64,000 nucleotides of DNA, taken from the IMG/VR virus record IMGVR_UViG_3300025012_000042, positions 32,001 to 96,000 of that record, one strand, 5' to 3'. The position numbers and the translations under genes are program-made. How positions within the stretch are numbered: position 1 is the stretch's first letter; each line of letters starts with the position of its first letter. The notes beneath the pieces were generated by a model. That model was not told the DNA's origin, ran no database searches, and saw nothing but the letters and a program-made list of their open reading frames with translations. Positions 49,718 to 61,500 of the stretch are shown here, one piece after another. Source of the DNA: a virus.

Positions 49718-52700
49718 TTAAGTAGTAATTAATTTATTAGTTGCTTTATCTACAAAACCTTGTATTGTCAATCCATTTGTTTTAAATGTGGTTGGCGTAA
49801 TAACTCCTGAACGAACTAAGCCATTATCCATCTTAATCAAAGGATTTCCAGTTAAACTGACTAAAAATATTTGCCCTGTATTATCGGTATTTAACACACC
49901 GTTTGTTACAAGTTTACTAAAGACAAGTAAATAAAGTTGAGAATTATACATGACAAGCCATCTACCAATTCCTACCATTGGTTTTGATATAGCAGTTAAT
50001 CCATACTGTTTGGTGTAATTATTTGTAAATCCACCAGTGTTCAAATTAACCAATGCACCTGTATTTAGGTTGATACTCTCTTCGGCGAATCCTAATTGAG
50101 ATATTCCGAATTCACCATAAAGAGAAGTAGAATCTTGACCAATTTTATATGTCAAACCAGACCAAGGATGATTACCAAATTTCCCACCTACAGACGAAGA
50201 AATATCACAAATTACCCAATTTGAAAGTTCCCTAACAATTGTTACGTCTGTACTTGAAGTAATAGGTGAAGGACTAGGCACATACTCACTATATGTTGTT
50301 AGGTTATACTCGTTACTCCAATTAAATAAAGTCTGCATTTCCTTTGTTTGTTTATTGATAACCATTACATTCGCAAGTCCAGAATCTCTTCTCAAACTTT
50401 TAGGAATCAAAATATCATATCCACTAGGATACATACCTGAAGCCAAACTTAAATCCAAACTACAATAATCAACAAAAATTGTACTTGCAGTTTCATCACT
50501 TGCAGCAGAGTGTATTAAGAAATGAACCCAACCAGAACTATCTATCATATTTGCAATAGAAACAGATGCACTGCCACCACTAATTTTTGTTACAGCACTA
50601 GTTGTATTTACAGAACCAATAGTAGTAAATGTTAGGGCAACACTATTCCATACTGCAAATGTAGCACTATTTCCTCCACTTGCTAATGAACCATATGTCC
50701 ATACATTTCCAACAATAGTTCCTAGATTGGATTTCAAATATGCAACTTTGTCTATGGCACTTATAGAACCATATTTTTGCTCGAACTCAGATATGGCATT
50801 GTAAGAAATAATATATCCTGCACCTTTACCACTTGTTGAAGTCGCATATGAAGATAATGTGGCATCAAGTTTGGATAACCCACTATAATTATAAGCACCA
50901 CTTGTTGATTCAATTTCTGTTCCAGTTCCAGGAACAAATTCTGTATTACGACTTGCAATTGTGCCTTCTTTATACCTGATTATATTTGGATTGGAAGCAA
51001 CATCGCCTTTTAATTTTGAAGCGAAGTCATCAGAAAGGACAATACTTGATGAAGTACCTATAGAATTTTCCGAGCAAATCACGATTTTATCGGAGAATTT
51101 GATGTCTAATGATGCGTAATCTACGTTGATGACGGATGGGGTTATTCCGTCCGATGCGTCTGCGTAGGCAATAGCGTAAATCGTACCAGTGGGCGAAATG
51201 TAACTAGGAGAAATAGTAAGAGTTGTAAGAGTTGGCGTACTTTGAGTATTGGTCACTGCTGTAGCAAAAGCAGCACTCGTATAATAACTAACACTTGCTT
51301 TATTACCTGTTGGACTTGAACCATGACAGTAAACTTTACAAGTCATGGTACTAATATTATTTTTCATCCACGTTGCTTTTTCAGCAGTGGTTTTAGCAGG
51401 AATTTTACATCCTAATTTCCGTTCAACAATTTTAATCACATCTAGTATAAGAGGAACTTGTGCTCTCTTTCCGTTTTCAGAAGTTGTGACAGTATAACTT
51501 ATTCCATCCTGTGTTTTGATTTTATCAATATCCGTCTGCGAAGATACTTCAATTATAGTCGTATTTGCAGGAACACTCAAAGGACTTGAACTATCGAACC
51601 ATGCCGCAAAGATAACGTTACATTGGCCTTGAGTTGGTTCGTTTCCTGCACCGAATGTAGCGGTTAGATTTATAACAATAATATTGTCAACATAATAAGT
51701 TGACCAAGCAGAAGCTCTAGAATCTCCAATCTCCAATAAGGTACTCGTGGTCGTAGCTGTGATAATTGATGATACTTTTTGCAGGGTAGGGGAATAGGCA
51801 TAGGCATCTGTTCCTTGTCCAAACTTTAAATATATTTTTGAAGATACATCAGTCTCAATATCCGCTGAGACATAATATTTATTACCTGTAATAGTTGTTT
51901 TTAGTTGTGATATAGAGGCGAACTGTGCTGTTGCTAATTTGCTCGCTCTACCATCCACTATAGCTGTAATATTACTCCATCCAGTAGTCCCATTAGTGAA
52001 ATCGCCATTCGTTACAATATTTGTTGCCGTTCCATCAGGATATGGAAACTCTAATATATTACTTTCACAGTCATATAGCTTATTCGGATTCTCCCAAGTC
52101 CTACCGCTAACCTTACTAGCAAAATCACTCGTAATTGTCTGATTTGCATAAGGTAATCTAAACCCTGCTTCACCCATCAGAGTAGTTGTGGTAGGTACAC
52201 TCAATGCAGGTTGACCTGCTGACATAATCATTGAGTAATCAATCTGTAAATCTTGATTTGTTAAACTAGCATTAGTTCCTAGTTTAAACGTAGCAACATT
52301 TCCAAACATTCCAGTCCAAGGAGTAACTGCATCGCCTACCACTTCTGTTTTAGTTGTTCCATTCATGTAATAAACTTTTGGAACTGAACTAGTAGCAGTT
52401 GCCTCCATAGCAACAACTTGATATTTACTTAAAGCTATTCCAATTGTTTCAGTGAAAGTTAATTTCTTATTTGTAGCATCTACTCCACCAGTATTAATTA
52501 TTTTAGTAGCTAAGACTGTTCCTAAAACTCTATCAACAAGTTTTACAGTATCTCCATCTGAATATAAAGTTGTATCAACAATATCAAAATATGCTGATGT
52601 GTCTGTGGATAAAGCGTCTTTTACTAATGTAGATTTAGCAGTATCAGTATCAAAAACACCAGAAATTAATTCCCCTGCCATACCAGTAATTGTGACAGTA

Positions 52701-55246
52701 TCTCCTGCACTCCATGTCGAAGGAGTACCAATTACTACGCGATTCACACCACGACTATTGCCAGTATTTGTCGCTTTAACAATAGAATTGACGGTTTGTG
52801 TCATTTGTGCTTCCGATGAAATGCGTCTTTGGTCGGTGTATGCTGGCATGATGATTGCATCACCTGAGATGAAGTCGGGAGGGATATTAGGGAAAATGGA
52901 GCCACGGTCAATGTTGGAGATTGAGATGTCTGATAAAATTGAATTATTATATTCAGCAACACTATCCCTAGGTCTATTTATACTCACAACGGCATTGGAG
53001 ATATCTACTACAGCAGTTAATGTTGAAGTTGAAGTATAAAATTTACTATTTTTATAGACGTCTGCAGATGTTCCAGTTCTAACAAAACGTAAATGTAGGG
53101 GAAATTCACTATTTGAAACGGAAATAGAAAGACCTGTTGTGCTACTGGGACCACAAAGTTTTAACGAACCTGCTGTAGTTCTTGTTTCAAGGGTACATAT
53201 CCCATCTACGTTTAATATATCATTGAAAGTATCCCATCGTAGCCCTGCATAATCTTTAATCCATAGATCAATAGTGTAAGTTTTATTTGCAGATATCTGC
53301 AGTGTAGTGTTATATCTTAGTCTTCCATTATAACCTGAACCTGTAACCGTTGGAGCAAATACTCCCGCCGTTGTTTCAGCAGGACTCCCACCAACCTCCG
53401 CAACAGTCGTCCCATCCAAACTAGCATAAAACACAGTGTTAGCATCAACCTCTGTCTTAGGTATACCATGATGCACAGTCAGCATTTTCTTCAGCGAAAG
53501 TTCTCCACGCTTGAACTGATCATCTGCTTTTTTGAGGAGGTAGTCATAATTATATTGGGATTTTGTTTCGTGGCGAAGGTCTGTGATGTCGCGTGAGTCG
53601 ATTACGTTGGAGTAGAGGGATTGTGGATGGTCTGAGAGTAAGCATAACGAGTAAGAAGCAAATACATTCCAAACATTAGGTGCGGTAATAGCCTCTATTG
53701 TCATTAAGTTAGCACTATCAATACTTATAATTTTTGCGATATATATTATACTTGCATCATTGTTTCTATATACAATATCACCCACTTTAAACAATGAAGT
53801 GTTTGATATTTGAACTTGATTGCGAACCCCGATAGCGGTAAACGCAAAAGATGAAGCAGTTACAGATGATTGAACATAACCCCTCGCCCCATTCGGATTA
53901 CTCGGACTGAAACCCGATGAATTCCGTCTTTGATTGGCGCAGATTCCAACTCCGTACACGTACCCGTCGAATGTCAAAAGTGCATTCTTAGCAGTTGTTG
54001 AACCGTCCCCAGATTTAAAAATTCCTTTGTCCACTGAATCTAAAGCAAAAGTATAAGTTGTATTAGCTGAATTTCCTCCCCATGCTTTTACATTTACAGT
54101 GTCATTTACACCTTCAGGATAAGTTGTGATATTTACACCTGATTGTGTTCTGAATCTATAGCTTAAGGTATAACCATTTCCATTTTGAGGAAACCAAAAT
54201 TCAAGGAATACTAAGTCTGTTCTCTTGCTTGTGGTTGGAGGTGCATCAAATGTCACGACAGTTTGTGGTACTGAAACTTCATATCCATTAATCGAATAAG
54301 TATCAGCAGGGACAGTAATTGAATTTAAATTAGTTGTTGAACCAGTGACAAATGGAAGAGGTCTTAAGCAACCTGAATGTCTTTGATTACGAATTATATC
54401 TGCTTTTGCTTTGTCGATATCATTAAGGGACGCAGTATTAGGAACACCACTAAGATTAAATTGATACCATAAAACCCAAGCAGTTCCATTCCATCTCCAA
54501 TGACCATTTTTTGTAGTATCTGAATCAGAAGTTACATGCCAACTATCACCTAATACATTACCAGATGAAGGAAGCAAAGCATAGGTTGTTTTAATTCCTT
54601 TGGGATTGGTATATGTATTATTATTTATTGTTGTAACCGTATTATTAGCTAAAGTCGTTGCATTTTGTGCATTTATAATAGCCGTTGTGGTGTTATTTGT
54701 TGCAGTTATTGCACCTTGCCTAGCAACCTCAGTTTCAGCAATTTTATTTGTTGCTTCTGCTATTTTGTTGTTTACATCTGAATTCCATTGAGTTGAATCA
54801 TCATTATATTGAGCTTGTATGTCTAATAATTTAGCATCAATTACTGTGATTTGATTAGAACTTAAAATTCCTTCACCATTATCAATTGAAGCTGTAACAG
54901 TAAAATTAAATTGTGCTGTGCTTAATTTCTTACCTGACACATCTGAAAAACTAATTTCTGCCTTTACTATTCCCACTGCTGCCAAAGTTTGAGATTTTAA
55001 TATACATTCTATTTTACCATTTGTGGCATCAAGCGTGGAAACTCCTGAAGAAACATCTTGTAAAACTAACGTTTGGTCAGATTTTAAAAATGCAAATGTG
55101 ACAACTTGATCAGTCAGATTTACTGGTACTCCTTGATTACAAATCATAAATTCTAATACTGATGTATCTATATCATTCTGAACAAATTTTATATTTGTAA
55201 ATGAACTTTGCTTAAAATCTAATATCAGGGAATATCTATTTTCCAT
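49718..55246 (-). CDS. BppU-like baseplate/tail-fibre receptor-binding protein
   Basis: IKFVQNDIDTSVLEF..GKIE BppU N-terminus; coiled coil; LamG-like and CBM-like regions; duplicated DFASK..NPN module. Confidence 0.8.
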   Translation of the reverse strand: MENRYSLILDFKQSSFTNIKFVQNDIDTSVLEFMICNQGVPVNLTDQVVTFAFLKSDQTLVLQDVSSGVSTLDATNGKIECILKSQTLAAVGIVKAEISFSDVSGKKLSTAQFNFTVTASIDNGEGILSSNQITVIDAKLLDIQAQYNDDSTQWNSDVNNKIAEATNKIAETEVARQGAITATNNTTTAIINAQNATTLANNTVTTINNNTYTNPKGIKTTYALLPSSGNVLGDSWHVTSDSDTTKNGHWRWNGTAWVLWYQFNLSGVPNTASLNDIDKAKADIIRNQRHSGCLRPLPFVTGSTTNLNSITVPADTYSINGYEVSVPQTVVTFDAPPTTSKRTDLVFLEFWFPQNGNGYTLSYRFRTQSGVNITTYPEGVNDTVNVKAWGGNSANTTYTFALDSVDKGIFKSGDGSTTAKNALLTFDGYVYGVGICANQRRNSSGFSPSNPNGARGYVQSSVTASSFAFTAIGVRNQVQISNTSLFKVGDIVYRNNDASIIYIAKIISIDSANLMTIEAITAPNVWNVFASYSLCLLSDHPQSLYSNVIDSRDITDLRHETKSQYNYDYLLKKADDQFKRGELSLKKMLTVHHGIPKTEVDANTVFYASLDGTTVAEVGGSPAETTAGVFAPTVTGSGYNGRLRYNTTLQISANKTYTIDLWIKDYAGLRWDTFNDILNVDGICTLETRTTAGSLKLCGPSSTTGLSISVSNSEFPLHLRFVRTGTSADVYKNSKFYTSTSTLTAVVDISNAVVSINRPRDSVAEYNNSILSDISISNIDRGSIFPNIPPDFISGDAIIMPAYTDQRRISSEAQMTQTVNSIVKATNTGNSRGVNRVVIGTPSTWSAGDTVTITGMAGELISGVFDTDTAKSTLVKDALSTDTSAYFDIVDTTLYSDGDTVKLVDRVLGTVLATKIINTGGVDATNKKLTFTETIGIALSKYQVVAMEATATSSVPKVYYMNGTTKTEVVGDAVTPWTGMFGNVATFKLGTNASLTNQDLQIDYSMIMSAGQPALSVPTTTTLMGEAGFRLPYANQTITSDFASKVSGRTWENPNKLYDCESNILEFPYPDGTATNIVTNGDFTNGTTGWSNITAIVDGRASKLATAQFASISQLKTTITGNKYYVSADIETDVSSKIYLKFGQGTDAYAYSPTLQKVSSIITATTTSTLLEIGDSRASAWSTYYVDNIIVINLTATFGAGNEPTQGQCNVIFAAWFDSSSPLSVPANTTIIEVSSQTDIDKIKTQDGISYTVTTSENGKRAQVPLILDVIKIVERKLGCKIPAKTTAEKATWMKNNISTMTCKVYCHGSSPTGNKASVSYYTSAAFATAVTNTQSTPTLTTLTISPSYISPTGTIYAIAYADASDGITPSVINVDYASLDIKFSDKIVICSENSIGTSSSIVLSDDFASKLKGDVASNPNIIRYKEGTIASRNTEFVPGTGTEIESTSGAYNYSGLSKLDATLSSYATSTSGKGAGYIISYNAISEFEQKYGSISAIDKVAYLKSNLGTIVGNVWTYGSLASGGNSATFAVWNSVALTFTTIGSVNTTSAVTKISGGSASVSIANMIDSSGWVHFLIHSAASDETASTIFVDYCSLDLSLASGMYPSGYDILIPKSLRRDSGLANVMVINKQTKEMQTLFNWSNEYNLTTYSEYVPSPSPITSSTDVTIVRELSNWVICDISSSVGGKFGNHPWSGLTYKIGQDSTSLYGEFGISQLGFAEESINLNTGALVNLNTGGFTNNYTKQYGLTAISKPMVGIGRWLVMYNSQLYLLVFSKLVTNGVLNTDNTGQIFLVSLTGNPLIKMDNGLVRSGVITPTTFKTNGLTIQGFVDKATNKLITT

Positions 55247-55258
55247 AATAATCCTCCT

Positions 55259-56191
55259 TTAAACAGAAGAAGAACTATTTTCTAGTTCTTCTTCGAATTT
55301 TATATAAGTAACTCTTTTTAATTTTCCATAATCAAATTCATTGTGGAATTGCGATGTTATTATTAATCCATTATCAATATCAAATTTTATCCAAGAATGT
55401 CCAGTATTTAGATATTTTATTGCGTATTTATAAATGTCAATAATTATTTCTTTGCTAGGAAGATTATCTTTTAAAGATATTATTCTTATTTCTTTCCAAC
55501 CTTTATTATTTAATGCATATGATCTTTTTATTTCTTTATTTTTAAATTCTTGCTCTGTTTGATATCCTCTTTGTACTAATAAATTATGACCTCCACCGTC
55601 ATATTCTATGTAAATTTTATCTTCTAAAAAAGCAATATCTAAAAAGAAATAAGACTGAAGATAATTTAATTCACCTCCAAGAACATTTGAAATATACTGT
55701 TGGCCACGACTTAAAGGAGCCGTACCATTTCGATATAAAGACATCAATCTCTTTTTATTAATTTCCTCAGTGTGTAAAAAATAACCTATCCCATTATATT
55801 TTTCTTCAAAAGTTTTACTTATTTTATCACTTACTGATTTCAATTTAGTAGGAATATTCACTCCATAACGAAGCATATTACTTTCCTCCCTTTTTAAAAC
55901 AATACAATCAACACAACAATCTTTATGTATTATTCCATTTTTATTTTTATTGGAATAACTATCAAATGTTTGAGTATATTCTTTTCCACAATAATCACAT
56001 ATAAAATTAACTTGTATGTTACTATACTCAGATAAGTCTAATACATCAACCATTATTTTTGCATCTTTTGGTATATGAAATCTATTTCGTTTATCTAATC
56101 TTCTAGGTATTTCATACCCTTTTTCTTCATAATATCTAATTGTTCTCCCTCTTAACCCTACCTCTACTTCTTGTGGTAATACTAACGCCAA
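55259..56191 (-). CDS. Vsr/DUF559-like putative homing endonuclease, paralog of 36647-37971
   Basis: EVEVGL..YYEEKGYEIPR..CDYCG; LDIA..IEYDGGGH..GWKEIRIISLKD.LPS. Confidence 0.8.
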   Translation of the reverse strand: MALVLPQEVEVGLRGRTIRYYEEKGYEIPRRLDKRNRFHIPKDAKIMVDVLDLSEYSNIQVNFICDYCGKEYTQTFDSYSNKNKNGIIHKDCCVDCIVLKREESNMLRYGVNIPTKLKSVSDKISKTFEEKYNGIGYFLHTEEINKKRLMSLYRNGTAPLSRGQQYISNVLGGELNYLQSYFFLDIAFLEDKIYIEYDGGGHNLLVQRGYQTEQEFKNKEIKRSYALNNKGWKEIRIISLKDNLPSKEIIIDIYKYAIKYLNTGHSWIKFDIDNGLIITSQFHNEFDYGKLKRVTYIKFEEELENSSSSV

Positions 56192-56380
56192 ACTAAATCC
56201 CTCCTTAAGATTACCTCCCATATAAATACAAACAATAAGAAAGCAAGCAGAAACACACTATGGGAGGAAAGTTAAATGTGTTTTCAGATATCATCTGCCT
56301 ACTTACTAAAATAGACATACAAAAGAAGAGGTTAAAATCACCTTTCCCTCTCACCTTTTATTCTTCTTTTAACACAAAAT

Positions 56381-56412
56381 AAAAAGACTCCAATTAATTT
56401 GAAGTCTTTTTT
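56381..56412. terminator. Bidirectional terminator after moron
   Basis: AAAAGACT(C)CAA..TTG(A)AGTCTTTT flanked by A/T runs. Confidence 0.6.
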
Positions 56413-56424
56413 CTAATCCTTATA

Positions 56425-57120
56425 TTAATCCCTTAATCCAACCAATCTTTGCATTAGCACAATCACATCTTTGATATTCAATTTATTGTCAGGAAAAATA
56501 GATGCCATATTCACCAAATTAATTTCATTCTCTTTTTTCAATCCAACTAAATACTGTAATCCTGCTACCGCATCTGAAATACCAACAACTGAATCATCTT
56601 TAATAATTTTTCCTCTTTGAAATTTTAAATTATCTTGTTCGGGCAATATAATTGAATTTGAATTTTTGTCTTTCAGATTAATGAATTTTACAGTAACATT
56701 AACTTGTGCATTTGATGAATTACTAATTGACATTGGAATAAATACTAATTTTTGAACTGATAATGTTTCTGTATTTGAACCAGAAATTATTACTTTTCCA
56801 GAAACACTATCAATAGTTTGACTGAATTGTTCAAAATTTGATTCATTTAAAACATCCAAAACCTCAATCTCAGTAGAACAAAAATCTAATTCAATATCAT
56901 AATTAGAAAGTGAATTTTCTGGATCAATATTATCTAATCCAATATATAATCCTACGCCATTTTCATTACTCCCTTGTTCTATTGAAATTGATGGTTTAGA
57001 TTGAACTTCTACATTAATGATTTCAAATTGACTTTCAGTATCAGCTAATGCGTTATTAGTTATTAATAGCAGTATCATCATAGAAACTAATACAAACAAT
57101 GATAATCTTCTCAACATCAT
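56425..57120 (-). CDS. Secreted cohesin-like plus dockerin-like protein
   Basis: Signal peptide; YDIELDF..EVLDV cohesin-like; RGKI..ISDAVAGLQYLVG..NIKDVIVLMQRLVG dockerin-like duplication. Confidence 0.6.
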   Translation of the reverse strand: MMLRRLSLFVLVSMMILLLITNNALADTESQFEIINVEVQSKPSISIEQGSNENGVGLYIGLDNIDPENSLSNYDIELDFCSTEIEVLDVLNESNFEQFSQTIDSVSGKVIISGSNTETLSVQKLVFIPMSISNSSNAQVNVTVKFINLKDKNSNSIILPEQDNLKFQRGKIIKDDSVVGISDAVAGLQYLVGLKKENEINLVNMASIFPDNKLNIKDVIVLMQRLVGLRD

Positions 57121-57124
57121 CACA

Positions 57125-57937
57125 CTAATTATCAACATATTTCAAATTTATCCATTTTGGATTAGTGAGAATATTTCCTTCCAAATCCTTCAAAGTATCC
57201 TTAATAATAATATGATATTTTTTAGATGTTAAATAAGAAGAATTGTTTTCTACTGTGAAAGATTTTTTATCATCAGATACAGTTATATTATAATCTGTAA
57301 GTTGTTTAAGATCATATGGAACATTATTATTGCCAAAACCAAAATTTAACTGAGACTCGTACAATAAAATCGATTGTGTTGTAATTGTTGTTGGATCAAC
57401 TTCTTCAGATAAAGAAATTTTTACAAAATCATCGCTTCTTTCAATAATTAATTCTTGGTCACTAAAATAACTATAATTAGATGGGAAAACATGGAATGTG
57501 AAATCTGTAAATGTTCTCTCTGTTGAAATTCCTGCAATGTCAGTGGCAATTATTTTATTCAAAGTCCAAGTACCAATATCACTGTCATTAAATAGTCTGG
57601 TGAACTTCCATCGAGAAAGAAGAAATTCGCTTGATGGATTGATTATTTCGTTTCCATTTGGTGTACTGAATTCAAGTGAAACACTTTCCACAGGTGACAT
57701 ACTATTATAGTCAACCCACACTTGCATTTCAAACGATTCTCCAGATTTTGCAAAAGAATCTATTCCCCTTCCTAGAAATGAACCACTTCCACTTGTAATC
57801 GTTGGAGCGTTTCTATCACTATTCGGTATCACAAGAACTTCTATTATAGAAAAATTTAAAGTTTCCTCTCCATGTACCAATGGAGCACTTGAAAATAAAA
57901 ATAGGAACATTGTTAGCAAAGTCATTACTTTTCTCAT
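57125..57937 (-). CDS. Secreted Ig-like (Big_5-type) protein
   Basis: Signal peptide; DRNAPTI, GTWTL..ATDIAG; SEEVDPTTI..IIKDTLKDLEGNIL. Confidence 0.65.
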   Translation of the reverse strand: MRKVMTLLTMFLFLFSSAPLVHGEETLNFSIIEVLVIPNSDRNAPTITSGSGSFLGRGIDSFAKSGESFEMQVWVDYNSMSPVESVSLEFSTPNGNEIINPSSEFLLSRWKFTRLFNDSDIGTWTLNKIIATDIAGISTERTFTDFTFHVFPSNYSYFSDQELIIERSDDFVKISLSEEVDPTTITTQSILLYESQLNFGFGNNNVPYDLKQLTDYNITVSDDKKSFTVENNSSYLTSKKYHIIIKDTLKDLEGNILTNPKWINLKYVDN

Positions 57938-58052
57938 TGTATTTTCCTCCTCTTACTATTTTTGTCTTATCTAATAATTAGTATATAGCAATAAAGGAGG
58001 ATTTACAATGAAAAATAATGATTTATTTAGTAATGTTATGTTGAAAGTTACT

Positions 58053-58187
58053 TTATTTTTCTAAAATTAACAAAACAACCTCTCTCAAATTATCCAACTT
58101 AGGGATATCTTCTTTTGAATATTTATTATTTTTATTTTTAATTAAATTAATCCAAATTTTTACTAAACCACTTTCACTGTTAAACAT
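58053..58187 (-). CDS. Small CD1375/XkdX-like tail-associated protein (44 aa)
   Basis: MFNSESGLVKIWINLI..EDIPKLDNLREVV; GGAGGA RBS. Confidence 0.6.
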   Translation of the reverse strand: MFNSESGLVKIWINLIKNKNNKYSKEDIPKLDNLREVVLLILEK

Positions 58188-58594
58188 TATAAAATTCCTC
58201 CAGTTATATTAGAAAATGATATACTTAATTCAGCAATGGCATTCTGTGTTTCAATATTTTGTTGCTCTTGCCGTGCTGAAATAATTGACATTTCAGCAAT
58301 TGCTGAATACAAGGATGCGTTTTCTTGTTCGAGTTTTTCAATTTTCTTTTGTAAAGACGTTTTAATTTTCTTGCTTTTTAATTCCTCGTCTGTCATTTTT
58401 ATAATTGTGTTATTAATTATTTTATAATGATTAATATTCCCATTTGGAACATCTTCATCATTAATATAAATTCCTGACAGTCTTTCAAGGGCAGAAGAAT
58501 TATTTTGATAAATGTTTTCAATTTTTTGGTCTCCCGAAAACTTGGCTTGAATTTGTCTCGTTGATTTTTCATAAATTATTAGCACTAATTTCAC
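58187..58594 (-). CDS. Tail-fibre chaperone-like (XkdW-like) protein
   Basis: LIIYEKST..; C-terminal coiled coil NAIAELS; position. Confidence 0.55.
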   Translation of the reverse strand: MKLVLIIYEKSTRQIQAKFSGDQKIENIYQNNSSALERLSGIYINDEDVPNGNINHYKIINNTIIKMTDEELKSKKIKTSLQKKIEKLEQENASLYSAIAEMSIISARQEQQNIETQNAIAELSISFSNITGGIL

Positions 58595-58598
58595 CTCT

Positions 58599-61500
58599 CT
58601 ATAAAACAGTTATAAGCAAAAATTCTATACCTTGATAGTAATACCCTTCAAACGATTCATATGCTGTACAATAACCTCTCACTTGGACTTTAGCCAAACT
58701 TACATCAGTAGATACTATTGTTAAAGTTGTGTAAGAATAAGCAGCATCTACCCCCAAAGGGAGTTGCATAGCAGTAGTAGATAAAAAGCATTTAAAGGCT
58801 TTATTTCTAAACCTAACTGGTAGGTCGATATATAATCCATTTTCCCAAACTAATTTTGCTGCAGCTTCTTCAGCGTCCGTCCAATCTAGATCAACCCATG
58901 CAACACCTAACCCTATAGTTGAGCCGGATATTATATGGGTTTCATATTGATAAGGAATTGTTTCACCATCCACTAATCTCTCTAACCCATTTGCAGTTAA
59001 TTGTGTATGACCACCTCCTGCTGAATCAGAATGACTTGCTCTTATACCATACAGCCCAGTTGCAAATTCGCCCATATTAACAACTTCTGTAGAAGTTCCA
59101 TTCTTAACCTGAATACCATTTTGAGTAATATATGTGCTATTATAACTAGTATCAGGTTGAAGAGAATTACCTGCTTGATCTTTCACGGTTGAGGCAGATA
59201 CTCCATCAATAGTGCCAGTTACATCTCCACCAAAAGCAACAGTAGATGAAGGTTGGTAAGGATTTTCTCCTTCATAAACAGATTTAATAATAGAAGAAGA
59301 TAAAAATCCAGATACATTAATATCTTGATCGACTATTCTATATGCTTTAATACCAAAAGTATAATATTTATTTGATGGAATTCCATGTAAAATAAATGCT
59401 CTTTTTTCAGGTGTTACATAAAATACTTGTTCGCTTGCAACAGTTGTTCCAAATGTATAAGAAAAGTTTACATCTGATTGATAAACATAAACAATAAACC
59501 CATCAATATCGTAGGCATCACCTGTACCAGTAAAATCCCATTCAAAACTAATATTTGCCGAACCATCTGTATTAATAGTATGATCTATTGATGTTCCATC
59601 GTTTGCAATTATAGGGTTAGCAGGTGTTGTTGACTTTCTATCATTTCTACCATCAAAATTTATAGTTGCAGTTTGAACAGTTTCGGCAGTTTGTGTACCA
59701 ACATTATCAGTATTTATTGCATTTCCACCTTGAGAATCAGATGTGGCAAAATTAAATTCTACATTTCCTGATGGAAGAGTATTGTTTAAGCCACTAAATT
59801 TATTCCATGCTTGATTTGCTACTGTATCGTCAGTATATCTTACTTTTAAAACCCAATTACTTTCTAAATATGAAGTATTGTTAGAATTTGATGTTAAAAT
59901 CTCACCTTGTGAGTATAATGAATGGACAATATCACTTTCTAATATCCATAAATCATCTTTCTGATAACTTGTAGGTTTTAAAGTGTATATAGTCTTTTTA
60001 CCATCAATAGTGTCAAAAATGTCTTTAGGTATTTCTTGTTGTGACCACTTATAATCAAAATTACTTCCATTCACAGTTTTAGTATAAATATAAGTCTTTT
60101 TAATAGTTGGAGTAGAATCATACCATAAGTCAGTTACAAATTTATTATAATCACTGTTATCGGGGACATTGACATATTCAGGATGTGGCATTATGGTTTG
60201 ATAAAATGTATCTGCTTTCCCATCAATCAGACCTTCAAGAGTAGTTTTATCAGTAGGATAAATTACATTAACAAATTCGTTCGTACTAATCTCTTCGTTA
60301 GTTGCTATTCTTATCGATACCCTATCAAAGATAATGTCTTTTGTTGCTGTTGTATCAATAGAGTAACTATTTGCCATTACATATCCAGTCATTCCAGTCC
60401 ATCCACTTAAATTATCATGTGGTCTAGTGACTAAAGTTCTAACAGTATACCATTTCCCTAAAGTTGGACTTAAAACATAGTCTGATAATTTAATAGTTGC
60501 ATGATACGGCGTTGACATACCTATCCAGTTAATTAAAATTCCTGCACCTGTCAAAGCACCACTAACCAACATAAAATCAATTTCAATAACTAAATATTTG
60601 TGATTGGCTATATTAGAAACATAGGCTGAAGAATCCATAGCCATTCCAGCTTGCGCAGTACCTATATTCCAACGACAGGCATAACTTCCATTAATTTTAA
60701 GAGTTGTTTCTCTTGTTGGGCCAGAATAAGAACTCCATGCACTAAATCCAACAGGATAATTACTAGATGCAAGCCAATTAGAAAAATTAGGATTAGTGCT
60801 TAGTAATCCAACTGTATCATTAAGTATAGATGACGTTGCTGAACTTGAATTTAAACTAAAAGATGTTGAAACATTATTCCATTTGTCTCTAACTTTTAAT
60901 TTATAAGTATAAGTTGTAGGAATGTCTACAGGAGGATCATAATCAATAAAATAACCTTGCGAAGCACCACTTCCTGCTACAGATGCTATTTTTGTTGCTG
61001 AACCATCACTCCAAGTTGAACCCGAACATCTCCATATTTCATAGATTAAACCTTGTTCTGATATTTCAGTCCATGTAACCTTTATGGCTCCAAATTGACT
61101 AGTGGTAGTCGGGTTAGGAGGAGTAGGGGCTGTATTATCTACAGCAATACTATTTTGAGCAGAAGTTAAACTACTTTCCATTCCACTATAATCTATAGCC
61201 GAAACTTTATAATAATATATTTGGGCAGGTTTTAAATATGGATCAGTATATTGACGCGAGGTTGTTTCAGCAATTACATAATAATTTATATTATTCAAAC
61301 TACGATAAATTCTATATTTTTCTACATCTGTAGATGTACTCGCTGTCCAAGAAATTGTTATTCTTCCATCATAATCTGGAGTCAATGTTAAATTTGTTGG
61401 AGTATTAGGGACAAAAGCATCAGCAGGTTTATAAATATTAGTATTAGGAGCAGAAGATATGGTATATAAACTTGACAAACCAATAATATCTACTGCTTTT

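Noticed and set aside
49718-55246. DGR target in the tail fibre
   Set aside because: No reverse transcriptase and no TR/VR pair seen in the window
56240-56305. Hammerhead ribozyme (CAGAUGA...GAAA on the - strand)
   Set aside because: Core is CAGAUGA rather than CUGANGA, its CA is needed for the closing stem, and there is no proper stem II
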